From positions 1 to 64,000 of IMG/VR virus record IMGVR_UViG_3300044898_000016: a stretch of 64,000 nucleotides of DNA; one strand, 5' to 3'. Within the stretch, counting starts at the first letter, position 1, and the number at the start of each line of letters is the position of its first letter. The notes beneath the pieces were generated by a model. That model saw only the letters and a program-made list of their open reading frames with translations. It did no database searches and was not told the origin of the DNA. Position numbers and translations under genes: made by a program. Source of the DNA: a virus. Its lineage: Duplodnaviria > Caudoviricetes. Positions 52,540 through 63,000 of this stretch are shown here, in pieces.

Positions 52540-53271
52540 ATGTCACTGGCCCTTCACACGATACTGCGCGAGGCCGCACTGAGAGTAAACGCCTTAGTTG
52601 GCGCAATAGCGCCGGCGCTGGAAGTCACCTATGCGGCGCTTCCTCTTACTAGCACAGTCTTTCAATCATCCATTTTTCCCTTTACTGCGTTTTTAGATCA
52701 AGAGACGGCTAGTGTCGCTCGATTCGCAAACGCAATAAGTGAAACGGGCAATCATCCTTGGCGGTCATTTGTTGGATTCACCGTCACCAACACGTTAGCC
52801 AGTGGTGATTCAATGCCTTCAGTCGGCAGTAACGGCGATCCGATTGTTGGCATCTACGGTTCGGTATTAGACAGTGATGATCAGACAATTGTCTGCACTG
52901 AATATCCTGAACAGGTAATACGTAGACGATTGCAAAATCCCTCCATCTGGTCGATTCCTGTTTACGGGTTCAAGATGTCAGGGGACGGAATTACCCACAC
53001 GCGGCCTAATGGTGTTGTGGTGCAGGTTTGTACGTTTAACTGGACCAAGGTAGCTGCGCTTGTGGCTGCTAATGGTAGCCTGCCATTACCCGACTCGCTG
53101 GCAAATGCGATTGTTTACGACATGGTGGGAGCGCTGGTGCGCGACGATGAGTTCATGGCGCAAGCGCGGGTATATCGAGCGTATGCGGACAATGTAGAAC
53201 AGTCCATTCGACAGGGGTTAACCAGCGTGACGGAGCAAGCCATTGCTGGCCCGACGCTCACTCCAAGTTAA
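52540..53271 (+). CDS. Head-tail adaptor-like protein
   Basis: TILREAALRV N-terminus and LPLPDSLANAIVY C-terminus. Confidence 0.55.
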   Translation: MSLALHTILREAALRVNALVGAIAPALEVTYAALPLTSTVFQSSIFPFTAFLDQETASVARFANAISETGNHPWRSFVGFTVTNTLASGDSMPSVGSNGDPIVGIYGSVLDSDDQTIVCTEYPEQVIRRRLQNPSIWSIPVYGFKMSGDGITHTRPNGVVVQVCTFNWTKVAALVAANGSLPLPDSLANAIVYDMVGALVRDDEFMAQARVYRAYADNVEQSIRQGLTSVTEQAIAGPTLTPS

Positions 53272-53274
53272 GTC

Positions 53275-53856
53275 ATGGCAACTTATCAGACGCTGATCGA
53301 TCTCGCATTGCAGCAAGCCCTTGCTGGTGGAGATCAGTTGCGCTCAGCTCTGCTCGACGCTGACATGACGATGGAATCACTTGTCCAGCAAGTGTTTCAA
53401 CAAGTGGCACTCAGATACGCAGGTGGTGACTCGGATTCTCAATCATTACTACGTGCTACGCATACAGTCGCGCTGACTAATGGCGTGGGTACGTTGCCTG
53501 ACGAGGCGCTGACCTCGTGTATCTGGGGATCGTCAGTAGACGTGGACGGTGAGCCACTAATCGGCCCCGCAATGTCGTATATCCCGTGGATAAGCTTTAC
53601 GCAGCCAAGTGATAATTTATTAGGTTACTATTCTGTCCGTGGTAACACTGAATTCTATTGGATTGATCCTAACGAAACCTACACGCCGGGAGCGGGACGC
53701 ACAGGTAATGTGGAGGTAACGATTGCTTCAGTGCCTTTAGTGCCCGCGAGCGCGAGCGATCCAGTGGATGTTCCCAGTGAATGCTTCTCTGATTTAGTGA
53801 CCGCGTTGGCCGTGGCGATTAGTAGCGTGATAGCTCGACAACAGAAAGCGGCGTAA
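53275..53856 (+). CDS. Head-tail adaptor-like protein
   Basis: MATYQTLIDLAL...VDVPSECFSDLVTALA. Confidence 0.55.
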   Translation: MATYQTLIDLALQQALAGGDQLRSALLDADMTMESLVQQVFQQVALRYAGGDSDSQSLLRATHTVALTNGVGTLPDEALTSCIWGSSVDVDGEPLIGPAMSYIPWISFTQPSDNLLGYYSVRGNTEFYWIDPNETYTPGAGRTGNVEVTIASVPLVPASASDPVDVPSECFSDLVTALAVAISSVIARQQKAA

Positions 53857-55958
53857 TGTCACCTGTTAGAACCATCCACCCAACAGCCTACCAGCCCACC
53901 ATTCCGCGATCTGGTGACACGCCCGATGACGCGATATTTTCAATGTCCAACATCATCCTCCGTGGGCAAGGGGCATTAAAGTACGCCGAGTGCTATGCAG
54001 GAAGTTACGACCTTAGTGAGACGATTGCCACTTCTGCTCTTACCGGAACATTGGCAGTTAGCACGGCAACGAAAACAGTCACGGGCAGTGGCACGACTTT
54101 CGTCACCGAACTTCATCTCGGCCAGTACGTGTTAGTAGCGAACGCGGCGAGTACGGCGTCTACACTGCTGACCGTCGAACGCATCGTCTCAGCCACGAGT
54201 TTTATTACCAGCCAATTCCCTGACTTCACTGAATCAGGTCGCACAGGGACACGTCTACCCATTATTTTCGCAGTGGACACACAGCGAGGCACGGCGTTGC
54301 GCGGCAATGTTATTAGATTAGACAAGGGAACGTTATTCTCTGTGGGCGATGGGGTATTTCGGTTAGATGGTAATGCGATAAACTCGTCCTTAACACTCAC
54401 CCGCCGCCCCAAAATAAGCTTGTACGCACCTGCCAGTGGTACTTACACTAGTTTCACCTTAGGCATGCCAACATCTGCCGCGCCGGGACTAGCAGCGGTG
54501 GGTGGAGGCTCGCCGGGAATGCAGGCGGGAAGTTACTCGATAGTGATTACTCCTGCACGCAAGGAAACTCTTGGATTTAACAACCCATCCACTCGTGCAG
54601 ATGTAACACTCGCCACAGGTGACAAAACCCGTATTACCTTCCCTGCGATGGACACAGCCAGTGGACAAAACGCATGGATTGTCTGGGGTACGACATTCGC
54701 CGCGTCATTAGGTGCAGACAAGAACTACCTTGAAGGCCCGTGGTTCAAAGTACAAATAGTAGACGATACCCAGGTATCACCGGTAGGTGGGACGTTTGAC
54801 GTTGAATGGTTGGACGCGGAAATTGAACGGCAAGATGCAGTGACATTTGACAACGATGCGCCAACCGACGCGGAGTTTGTCGTAAACTTCAATAACGTAC
54901 CCGTGTACATCAGCTGCCAGGGGATACCGAACGCTGCGGGTAGTGTCACGTCGCCGGGGCCGTTTATCGTACCAGCAAAGCCGAATAACGTAGAAGCCGC
55001 TCCTTTGGTGTTGGCGTTCTCATCGTCACCACCAGAGATTATTTACGGAGTGACAAGCGGGGCCGGTCGGCTATATTTACTCACCTCTACGCATTTGCAA
55101 GTTGCTCAAGGCACACCACAGCAAGACGTGCCAGTTATTATTCAACCATTCTGGCATAGTGGATTCACTAACCCTTATCAAGTGGCGTTTTTCAACGGAC
55201 GGCTATATGGATTTCCGGTTAGCGGCCCAACGCGGTCAGCGTCTGAAGGTGAGGAGGGTAGCGAAGAGGTATCATTCGCCGCTGCCGTGCAAGCAATTAC
55301 TGGGAGTTGGGTGCCTGCTCGCGTAATGGTAGCCTACGATCCGGTTAACACTGCAATCTGTTTCTTCCATGCATGTGATTCGCTGAACAGTAGTGGGTAT
55401 TGGACAACGAGAGTTTTAATGTTCGGCGTGCAGCAGGATAAATGGATAGGAGACGTGACGCTCACTTCCACATCTCGCGATATGATTGTTAGCGGCGTGG
55501 CGACCGTGGCCGATAGTTTAGAATTTCTTGCGGGAGGGCGCACTGCGGGTAGCACAGTAGCAACTAAAACCTACACTTTTGATACTATCTCGGGTGAGTC
55601 CGTACCGTGGCGACTAGCTCCTGCGTTCAGTGACACTGGCGACGAGTTGCGTTCACACGTAATTAAACGCATACGAGCAACGGCCAAGTCAACGTCGGGA
55701 TCGTTGGGTGTATTTGGATTCCAACCAACCCAAGTAATTGACATTTCGCTGTTGGCGACAGGGAACAGCGCAAGCCTTACGGGCGCGATTAGCTTGCCGA
55801 ATACAACATCGGTGGCACTTACTCAACAGTTCCAAGTCAATTGCCCTAACCTCGATGTCTCCACAATCCAGATACAAGGCACATGGGGCGGCACGGGTAA
55901 TAAAGATAGAGTTGACGAGATCCTTTATGAGCTAGCCCCGCAAGGAGTCCGTAGATAA
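53856..55958 (+). CDS. Tail nozzle/stabilisation protein (P22 gp10-like)
   Basis: 700-aa beta-rich protein after the adaptors. Confidence 0.65.
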   Translation: MSPVRTIHPTAYQPTIPRSGDTPDDAIFSMSNIILRGQGALKYAECYAGSYDLSETIATSALTGTLAVSTATKTVTGSGTTFVTELHLGQYVLVANAASTASTLLTVERIVSATSFITSQFPDFTESGRTGTRLPIIFAVDTQRGTALRGNVIRLDKGTLFSVGDGVFRLDGNAINSSLTLTRRPKISLYAPASGTYTSFTLGMPTSAAPGLAAVGGGSPGMQAGSYSIVITPARKETLGFNNPSTRADVTLATGDKTRITFPAMDTASGQNAWIVWGTTFAASLGADKNYLEGPWFKVQIVDDTQVSPVGGTFDVEWLDAEIERQDAVTFDNDAPTDAEFVVNFNNVPVYISCQGIPNAAGSVTSPGPFIVPAKPNNVEAAPLVLAFSSSPPEIIYGVTSGAGRLYLLTSTHLQVAQGTPQQDVPVIIQPFWHSGFTNPYQVAFFNGRLYGFPVSGPTRSASEGEEGSEEVSFAAAVQAITGSWVPARVMVAYDPVNTAICFFHACDSLNSSGYWTTRVLMFGVQQDKWIGDVTLTSTSRDMIVSGVATVADSLEFLAGGRTAGSTVATKTYTFDTISGESVPWRLAPAFSDTGDELRSHVIKRIRATAKSTSGSLGVFGFQPTQVIDISLLATGNSASLTGAISLPNTTSVALTQQFQVNCPNLDVSTIQIQGTWGGTGNKDRVDEILYELAPQGVRR

Positions 55959-55960
55959 TC

Positions 55961-56554
55961 ATGGCAATTCCCGGCAGTGACGTAGTTGTCGATCCCACCA
56001 TCGTGTATGACCAGTACAACACTACTGGTTCGTCGGTGGAGAATTTCTTTCTCAATGAGAACTTACCGCCGGGGAGCGCGGTCACGACTGTAAACGGGGT
56101 CGCTGGGCCGATTATTAACATCACTGGTGGGAGTACGGGATTGGCGTTCAGCGTGGGCGCGTCACCAGTCATCCTCAGTGGCACGACGGTAGCGGCCAGC
56201 GGTGGCACGGGTCAATCAAGTTATGCAGTTGGTGACATTCTCTACGCGTCAGGTACAACGGCCCTTAGTAAACTTGCAGATGTTGCCACCGGCAACGCGC
56301 TTCTCTCCGGCGGGGTAACGACCGCCCCCGCATGGGGGAAAGTTGGACTCACTACGCATGTCACAGGTGTGTTGCCTAATGCCAATGGGGGGATGGTGAA
56401 GATTAACGCGGCAGCAGTTGCGCCAACTGTTACCGATGATAGTTCAGCGGGCTATAGCGTGAACTCATTGTGGACAGACACCGTGCTTCAGGACGGCTAT
56501 ATGTGCATGAGCGCAGCAGTGGGCGCAGCGATCTGGAAGAAGATAACGCCATGA
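55961..56554 (+). CDS. Tail needle/short fibre-like protein
   Basis: GGTGQSSYAVGDILYASGTTALSKLA and GVLPNANGG fibre motifs. Confidence 0.6.
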   Translation: MAIPGSDVVVDPTIVYDQYNTTGSSVENFFLNENLPPGSAVTTVNGVAGPIINITGGSTGLAFSVGASPVILSGTTVAASGGTGQSSYAVGDILYASGTTALSKLADVATGNALLSGGVTTAPAWGKVGLTTHVTGVLPNANGGMVKINAAAVAPTVTDDSSAGYSVNSLWTDTVLQDGYMCMSAAVGAAIWKKITP

Positions 56555-57063
56555 CCACTATTCGCCGCCTCAATCCTGACACTGACCGAGGGCTACTTGT
56601 TGATGCTTACGCATGGGAAGCTTTTGCGCCTCGCTGGTTTAAGGATGCGGATAAAGTATTCGGGCCACCGACATTGGTTGATTTCATCAAAGGAACGGAG
56701 CAGGATGATCGAGCAACATTCGGGATATTTGATGACGAGATTGCTGGTCTGATTATCCTCACATTGCGAGATAGCGCGGTAGAAGCTGACCTGATGGCTC
56801 GGCCTGGTGTTTCGCTTGAAATTATCGCGGCAGGTGCGTCGTCTTTACGTGATGCCGTATTCAGCGACTTACCTGTCACGGCTATTTATTGCTGGCTAGC
56901 GAGAAAAAACTACCCCACTAGAAAGTTGTGTGCCATAATAGGTTTCTGTGATAGTGGACTACGATTACTCAAGGGCGTATATCGCGGGCGAGTCATTGAG
57001 TGGTATCGGTTGGAAATCACGCGAGAGGCATGGGAAACGGAACAGCTAGCACTTGCCGCTTGA
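56551..57063 (+). CDS. GNAT-fold protein (P22 gp14-like position)
   Basis: IYCWLARKNYPTRKLCAIIGF acyltransferase-like motif. Confidence 0.65.
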   Translation: MTTIRRLNPDTDRGLLVDAYAWEAFAPRWFKDADKVFGPPTLVDFIKGTEQDDRATFGIFDDEIAGLIILTLRDSAVEADLMARPGVSLEIIAAGASSLRDAVFSDLPVTAIYCWLARKNYPTRKLCAIIGFCDSGLRLLKGVYRGRVIEWYRLEITREAWETEQLALAA

Positions 57064-57159
57064 TAACTTAACCTGATAGGTGGAATACCTGACGGGCCGT
57101 GTGGGTGAATCAATTCGTGGATACGAGTTGCTTGACCGATACGGCCCCTTTTCATTGTT

Positions 57160-57678
57160 ATGGGTAAAAAAAAATCAGAGACTACGCAAAATCAGACGCA
57201 GAGCCAGAACCAGAACTATAACAACGCGTCTACGAATTCTTATAGTCAGATCACGCCCAATGACACTGCTGACATTAGCAAGTTTCGAGATTGGAATCCG
57301 CAGATCGATCCAGGTTTAGGCGCGCAATATGGCGCGGCGCATGAACGGCTTCACAGTTCATTCATAAACCCCCTCGGCGGTTACTCCACGCCACAGATGC
57401 GTGACGCCCAGCAGCGTACTGGTGATAGACAGTTAAATCAAGATGAAGCTAGTGCCTTTAGAAGCGGTCAATACGATGTTAACAATCAAAAGGCGGGACA
57501 ACTTGGGACACTAGCAACGTTGACGGCTCCGCGACTTGTACAGACAGGCTCTACGGCTAGTGGCACGGGGACGAGTTCAGGAACATCGTCAGGGACGGGG
57601 ACGACGGTACAGTCAGGTGATCTGTTAGGGCAAATCCTCGGCGGTGCGGCGCAAGTCGGTTCAGCCGCGTTGATGTAA
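57160..57678 (+). CDS. DNA-injection/pilot protein (P22 gp7-like)
   Basis: MGKKKSETTQ N-terminus, Gln/Ser/Thr-rich, C-terminal LGQILGGAAQVG. Confidence 0.6.
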   Translation: MGKKKSETTQNQTQSQNQNYNNASTNSYSQITPNDTADISKFRDWNPQIDPGLGAQYGAAHERLHSSFINPLGGYSTPQMRDAQQRTGDRQLNQDEASAFRSGQYDVNNQKAGQLGTLATLTAPRLVQTGSTASGTGTSSGTSSGTGTTVQSGDLLGQILGGAAQVGSAALM

Positions 57679-57743
57679 CCACGGAAATGAATAAAAATAT
57701 CATCGAACAATCTCTCGCTACGGCAAAGTCTCCCGTAGTGCTG

Positions 57744-58460
57744 TCATCGCCTGCGCTGGTCGTAGATGCGTCCTTGCTCGCGCTCTCGCTTTCTTACTTC
57801 TGGACGTTCCCTTCGTTTCCTTGCGGCAATCTTGGCTTTTTCTCTGCGGCGGAGTCGTTGTTCATCAGTAAGATTATGGTATCGAGCGCTTTCTATTTGC
57901 AGTTGACGCAGTTTCTTTTCTGGCGACATATTGAGCCGTCTTCGCTTACTGCCCCTTGCTTGCATCATTCGGTGTCTAGTAGCCTCTGCGGAGTCCGGCG
58001 CGATAGTTTTAGACCTAGCGTCAGATCGCTCAATAGCGCATCGTCTACATGCTCGGCCATATCCATTTTGACGATAAGATTTATACGTATTCTCGGTAGA
58101 ATACGGATGACCCTTCGGGCAATGAGTTTTTTTAATATTCATAGCCGCTGGCCCTACGCCACGCAGAATGTTAACCCGCTGAGTAACCACTTCCAAGTGC
58201 CCAAAATTAACGCATCTTCGCACTCGGCAGAGATGGTCGCAGCACAACTCTTTAGGAACCAAACCGACGAACAGTTCATAGCTAAGGCGATGGGCCATTC
58301 GAGCGCGGCCATTCCAAGTCATAACACCATAGCCCTCTGCGGCGGTCGATCCTTGCCACAACCAGCATCCAGTTTCATGGTCTACCTTAATTTTCTCCAG
58401 AAAGCGCGCAAGTTGTACAAGTGTTTTTGGGAGTGTGGTATTCTTTGGGTTAGACATCAT
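57744..58460 (-). CDS. HNH homing endonuclease (antisense insertion)
   Basis: CWLWQG...AHRLSYELFVG...DHLCRVRRCVNFGHL and KTHCPKGHPY...CRRC. Confidence 0.92.
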   Translation of the reverse strand: MMSNPKNTTLPKTLVQLARFLEKIKVDHETGCWLWQGSTAAEGYGVMTWNGRARMAHRLSYELFVGLVPKELCCDHLCRVRRCVNFGHLEVVTQRVNILRGVGPAAMNIKKTHCPKGHPYSTENTYKSYRQNGYGRACRRCAIERSDARSKTIAPDSAEATRHRMMQARGSKRRRLNMSPEKKLRQLQIESARYHNLTDEQRLRRREKAKIAARKRRERPEVRKREREQGRIYDQRRR

Positions 58461-58542
58461 TGCCTCCTCTTAGGTAATGTTGTTTTGGTTGGCGAGAACT
58501 TAGAGGGTTCGCGCCAACCTTATTTATTATACCAAAAATCGC

Positions 58543-59214
58543 ATGAATCTAGTGAACAGTTTTAATATCATTGAGGAGGCGTTGAGCCGGTCGGCTAGTC
58601 CGACTGTACTTTGCTCATTTCAAAAAGACTCAATGTTACTGCTTTGGATGGTGAGACAGATTAATCCAAATGTGCCTGTAGTCTGGTTTCACGATGCTCG
58701 GGACCCATTTGCCGAGAGTGTGATCATGGATTGGGACTTAACAGTATTCTCGTATCGACCCGCCGACAGGTATCTCGTGCCGAGTGGGAATGGAATGATG
58801 TTAGTAGACGAGTACGCGATAGGCGCGGCCAGATTACCAACATTGAGAGACGTGGTAGAGGGTGAGCGGTGTGGATTAGAATCACTATCAGCCTCGCGCA
58901 CGCCAAATTTCAACTACCCATTCGACATCACCTTTTTTGGCTTCAAGGCAGCGGACGCGACGGATCATGAGATTACAAACCACGCAATACTGCCTCAACA
59001 ATTCATTCTCGGCCATACCACGATGGTTGCGCCGTTGCACGAGTGGAGTAACAAGGACGTGTTGACCGCGATAGATGAACACGGCATCCCGTACCAGCCA
59101 CGCGACGATTCGGTGACTATGTGCCAGCAATGTGCGAGTTCGTTAAGTCGCTGGAATGGTACGACGGCGTTATCAATCTTTCACAAACGATTTGGTTTCG
59201 AGCAAGTTCACTAA
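58543..59214 (+). CDS. PAPS-reductase-like (adenine nucleotide alpha-hydrolase/PP-loop) protein
   Basis: VLCSFQKDSMLLL...PVVWFH...FFGFKAAD...APLHEWSNKDV...CQQC. Confidence 0.65.
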   Translation: MNLVNSFNIIEEALSRSASPTVLCSFQKDSMLLLWMVRQINPNVPVVWFHDARDPFAESVIMDWDLTVFSYRPADRYLVPSGNGMMLVDEYAIGAARLPTLRDVVEGERCGLESLSASRTPNFNYPFDITFFGFKAADATDHEITNHAILPQQFILGHTTMVAPLHEWSNKDVLTAIDEHGIPYQPRDDSVTMCQQCASSLSRWNGTTALSIFHKRFGFEQVH

Positions 59215-59226
59215 GGAGACAATTTC

Positions 59227-60075
59227 ATGGCAATCACAAGTATCAATCGCAACGTCGTCACACAACTGCTATCGGCAAGTGGCAATGTTAATTTTGAGAG
59301 CGATCAAGTGCAATGCGACTGCACGAGTGGCGCGATTACCGCAACGCTATACCCATCGCCCGGTGACGGCGCTTATCATCGAGTAGTAATAGAGAAAACT
59401 GATTCGAGCGCTAACGCAGTTACCGTCACGGACAGCACGTTTACCTTCTCACTCACCAATCAGTATGACAGTGTGATCTGTGAATTGACGGCGGCGGGCG
59501 CTTGGGTTGGCACCGGGTCGTTTGATTCAGGAGGATCGGGTAATGTGGTTGGCCCAGCGTCGGCCACCGCAGACGTTCCAGTGTTGTTTAGCGGTACTAC
59601 TGGAAAGATAATCAAGAACTCGACGCCCACAGGCACGGGCAATCCAGTGCTACAGACTACGCCAACCTTGACTACGCCTGTCATTGGGGTAGCCACAGGA
59701 ACGTCACTGGCCGCATCGGGACTTATCACGTCATCTTCACCGACAGCGGGTATCGGTTACGCGACGGGTGCAGGGGGCGCGGTTGCGCAGGGCACAAATC
59801 GCACCACAACGGTTGTGCTTAACACCATAGCCGGAGCGATTACGCTTATTTCGGCGGCAGGGTCAGCTACTCCGGCATCATTCACGGTAACTAACTCGGC
59901 AGTAGCGGCTACCGACACCGTGATCGTCAGTCAAAAGTCCGGCACCGATCTATATGAGATTTTCGTCACAGCGGTTGCGGCGGGAAGCTTCAGGATTACC
60001 AGCTTCACCACGGGTGGAACAACGGTTGAAACGCCGGTGTTCAACTTTGCAGTTATCAAGAGCGTTGCCGCATAA
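59227..60075 (+). CDS. Virion structural/fibre-associated protein
   Basis: AAGGAG SD; DCTSGAITATL...IEKTDSSANAVTV and Thr/Gly-rich fibre motifs. Confidence 0.65.
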   Translation: MAITSINRNVVTQLLSASGNVNFESDQVQCDCTSGAITATLYPSPGDGAYHRVVIEKTDSSANAVTVTDSTFTFSLTNQYDSVICELTAAGAWVGTGSFDSGGSGNVVGPASATADVPVLFSGTTGKIIKNSTPTGTGNPVLQTTPTLTTPVIGVATGTSLAASGLITSSSPTAGIGYATGAGGAVAQGTNRTTTVVLNTIAGAITLISAAGSATPASFTVTNSAVAATDTVIVSQKSGTDLYEIFVTAVAAGSFRITSFTTGGTTVETPVFNFAVIKSVAA

Positions 60076-60087
60076 GGAGGCCTTGCT

Positions 60088-63000
60088 ATCGCCCTCATAG
60101 GTCTCAGCAGCTTCCAGCTCACCCCTGCCGTGAACGGCGGGTATAATACCGATGCGCTTACGGTCAGATGGTGGTACGGGCGGGGATTTATTGACAGTTC
60201 GACGGTGTCAGTGCAGGGCGGTAATGGTGCGTCAGGTTTCTACATAACCTCCATTTGTACGGTAGATGGTAATGGGATTATCACCGTACCGTCTACGTCG
60301 ATCTATTCGACTTTGGACGCGATTGATCCTGCCCCACAGTCCATTCAATTCTTTGGACGACTCTACAGCGGCAATACGCCGAGACAATGGATTACTGCAT
60401 TCAACTCCACGCCGACTGGCTGGGTCGTCCAAAATCCTACGCCACTGAGCGCCCTCACGTTTGAGGAGTTGGTATTAGAAAACCAATCAATTGTTCTAGC
60501 CAACCCGCCGCAAACTTTCTGGACGATAGCTCAGACACAAGCGTATATTGCATCACAAGGAACGTCGCCTCTGGCGAGTGATGTGGTGTTTGGGCGGACA
60601 AAACTGGATATTGCGCCTACTTCAGCCATCAACCCGGTCGCGGTTGGGGCAAATAGCTACGCAGCAACCAATCATCTTGGTATTACTAAACTTGCCACAG
60701 CGCCTTTGTCTGCGACTAATCCCATCGCCGTTGGTAGTAATGATCCGCGATTAGGCGGCTATATCAATGTTATGGCCTACGGTGCGATCGGTGACGATTC
60801 AACAGATAACTCAACCGCATTCACGAACGCACAAACAGCAGCAGCGGCAGTAGGTGCGGCTCTTTATATTCCGGTAGGTACGTTCCGAATGATTGGCGGG
60901 TTCGCATTTACATCTCCAGTGATATTCGCTCCAGGTGGGATCGTCAAACACGCCGGCGGTTCGCTTTCTTTCTCAAAAGCGGTCATTGCCGACCCTTCAC
61001 CGCACTTCGCATCAACCTCGACGATAAGCGTTTCATTTCCCGGAAACACTTCGATTGATCGCTATTACATTGATTGGTGGGGGACACCGGCAGGGTCTGA
61101 TGATACAGCGATTTGCGAAGCGGCGGTTGCGGCGTTTCCCATTGGTGCCTACGTTAAGCTGATTCCTAATCGGGTCTATGCAACGCAAGGGCTGACGGTG
61201 AAGCAAGGTCAGACATGGGATCTGACCGGGGCCACGATTATCGCCTTACCCGGTACTTCTTTTCCAAATGAAACATTCGATATTGGCGCAACAAATCCCC
61301 TGGATTTGAATGGCACGTTCTGGACGACTAACACGGCGATGTCTAGCGCGATAGCGGGTGCTACGTCGATCACGGTTACGAGTTCAGCGGGGTTTACGGC
61401 GGGAGATCGCATTGTCGTTTCAGCCGGATCGTTTACAGGGTCGGGGGTAGAGTTTGGGCCGATTGAATTTAATACTGTTGCATCAATCCCTGACGGTACT
61501 CACATCAACGTCAAGACACCGTTGGCTTATAACTATTCCGGCTTCGGACTCGCTGGCGCAGCAAATCTCAAGGTCTATAAAGTCCCGGCGAATCAGCCGC
61601 GTAACATTAAGATATTTGGTGGCACGATTCAACCTTCCGCATCTTTTACTGGACCGTACCTTAATATCAACGGAGCGGAGAATGTTGAAGTTTGTAACAT
61701 TCTATTTAACGGTCTGGCAGGAGGGCTGACTACGGGCGGGTATGTTAGTGGGCTAAATTTCCACGACTGCCAGTTAAAAGGAAACGGATTGATTTCAGCA
61801 GCGGTCAACTTTAATTTCGCTTCCTTAGTTTACAGCCGCATCACTGATAACCTGCTAAGCCTAGGCGGTAATACCTTACTTAATGGAAGTAACCTTGAAG
61901 TTACCTGCCATGACAATATCGTTTCGGACAATATCATCGGGCCGGTGCGAGCAACCGCAGTTGCGGGGATCGAGTTCAATAAGTCATCGTTCAATAATCA
62001 GGTTACTGACAATAACATCTGGGGACTGAGTGCCGACGTAACCGCGAACGTGATTACACGGGGGATTAGAACGCAGAGTTCGCCAGCGGGCACGGGAAAT
62101 CTCATACAAGGAAACACTGTTAGAAATGTTTTCATAGGCATTGCCGACAACGCTGACAATTCCCTTGTAGACGGCAACGTCCTCGCGTCGGTATCCTCTC
62201 CTAGTACCTCGACCGGCATACTCACGGACAGCTTGAAGGGGACCATTGGGGATAACACGATCACCGGGTTTGATCGTAACACGGTTGACAGTGCCCTTAC
62301 AGGCGTTCCGACCTTACGACGAACCTTGGGAAGGTCATATAGATTCGAGGGTAACGGCTCGCCTGAAGGCGTGATTACCGCGCCGGTTAGCTCGATGCAT
62401 AGTCGGCTGGATGGCGGTGCATCCACCTCTTTATATGTGAAAGGAAGCGGCACTGGCAATACTGGATGGGTTGCCCTTGGCTCGGGATCGTCCTCAGCGT
62501 TGACCCAAGTAGACGTTTCCTCCTACGCAACAGGGGGTGACGGCTCGCCCGGATCGCCGTGGACTGGCTGGAATGCCGCTACACCTTGGGCGGCGAACAC
62601 GGCTTTCTACTTCAAAGATGGTTACTACTCAACATCGACTACAGTCCTCTGGGGGCTCTCAGGAATTGGGATCATCTTTTCTCCCGGCGCGATTATTAAC
62701 TATACAGGGGCCGGTGTGGGCATTAGGTTTGACGCTACTGATTACGTTTCAAACGTCGGAGCGTACTTGGTCTATATCAACGTAAAAGGATTGCGACTTC
62801 GCACCACAACGGGTACTGACGGGGTGGTAGTAAATCGCGTTTTCAACTGCTCGTTTGATTTGAATGTTGGCGGGTTTAGTTCTCATCAGACCTATTTTTA
62901 CCGAAGCATCACTAATCTAGTGTGGCTGAAATCTACAACCGGGTCGGAGGCAAATAGCATTGCCAATAACGGTTTCCCGAATGTCACTACCTATGGCGAT

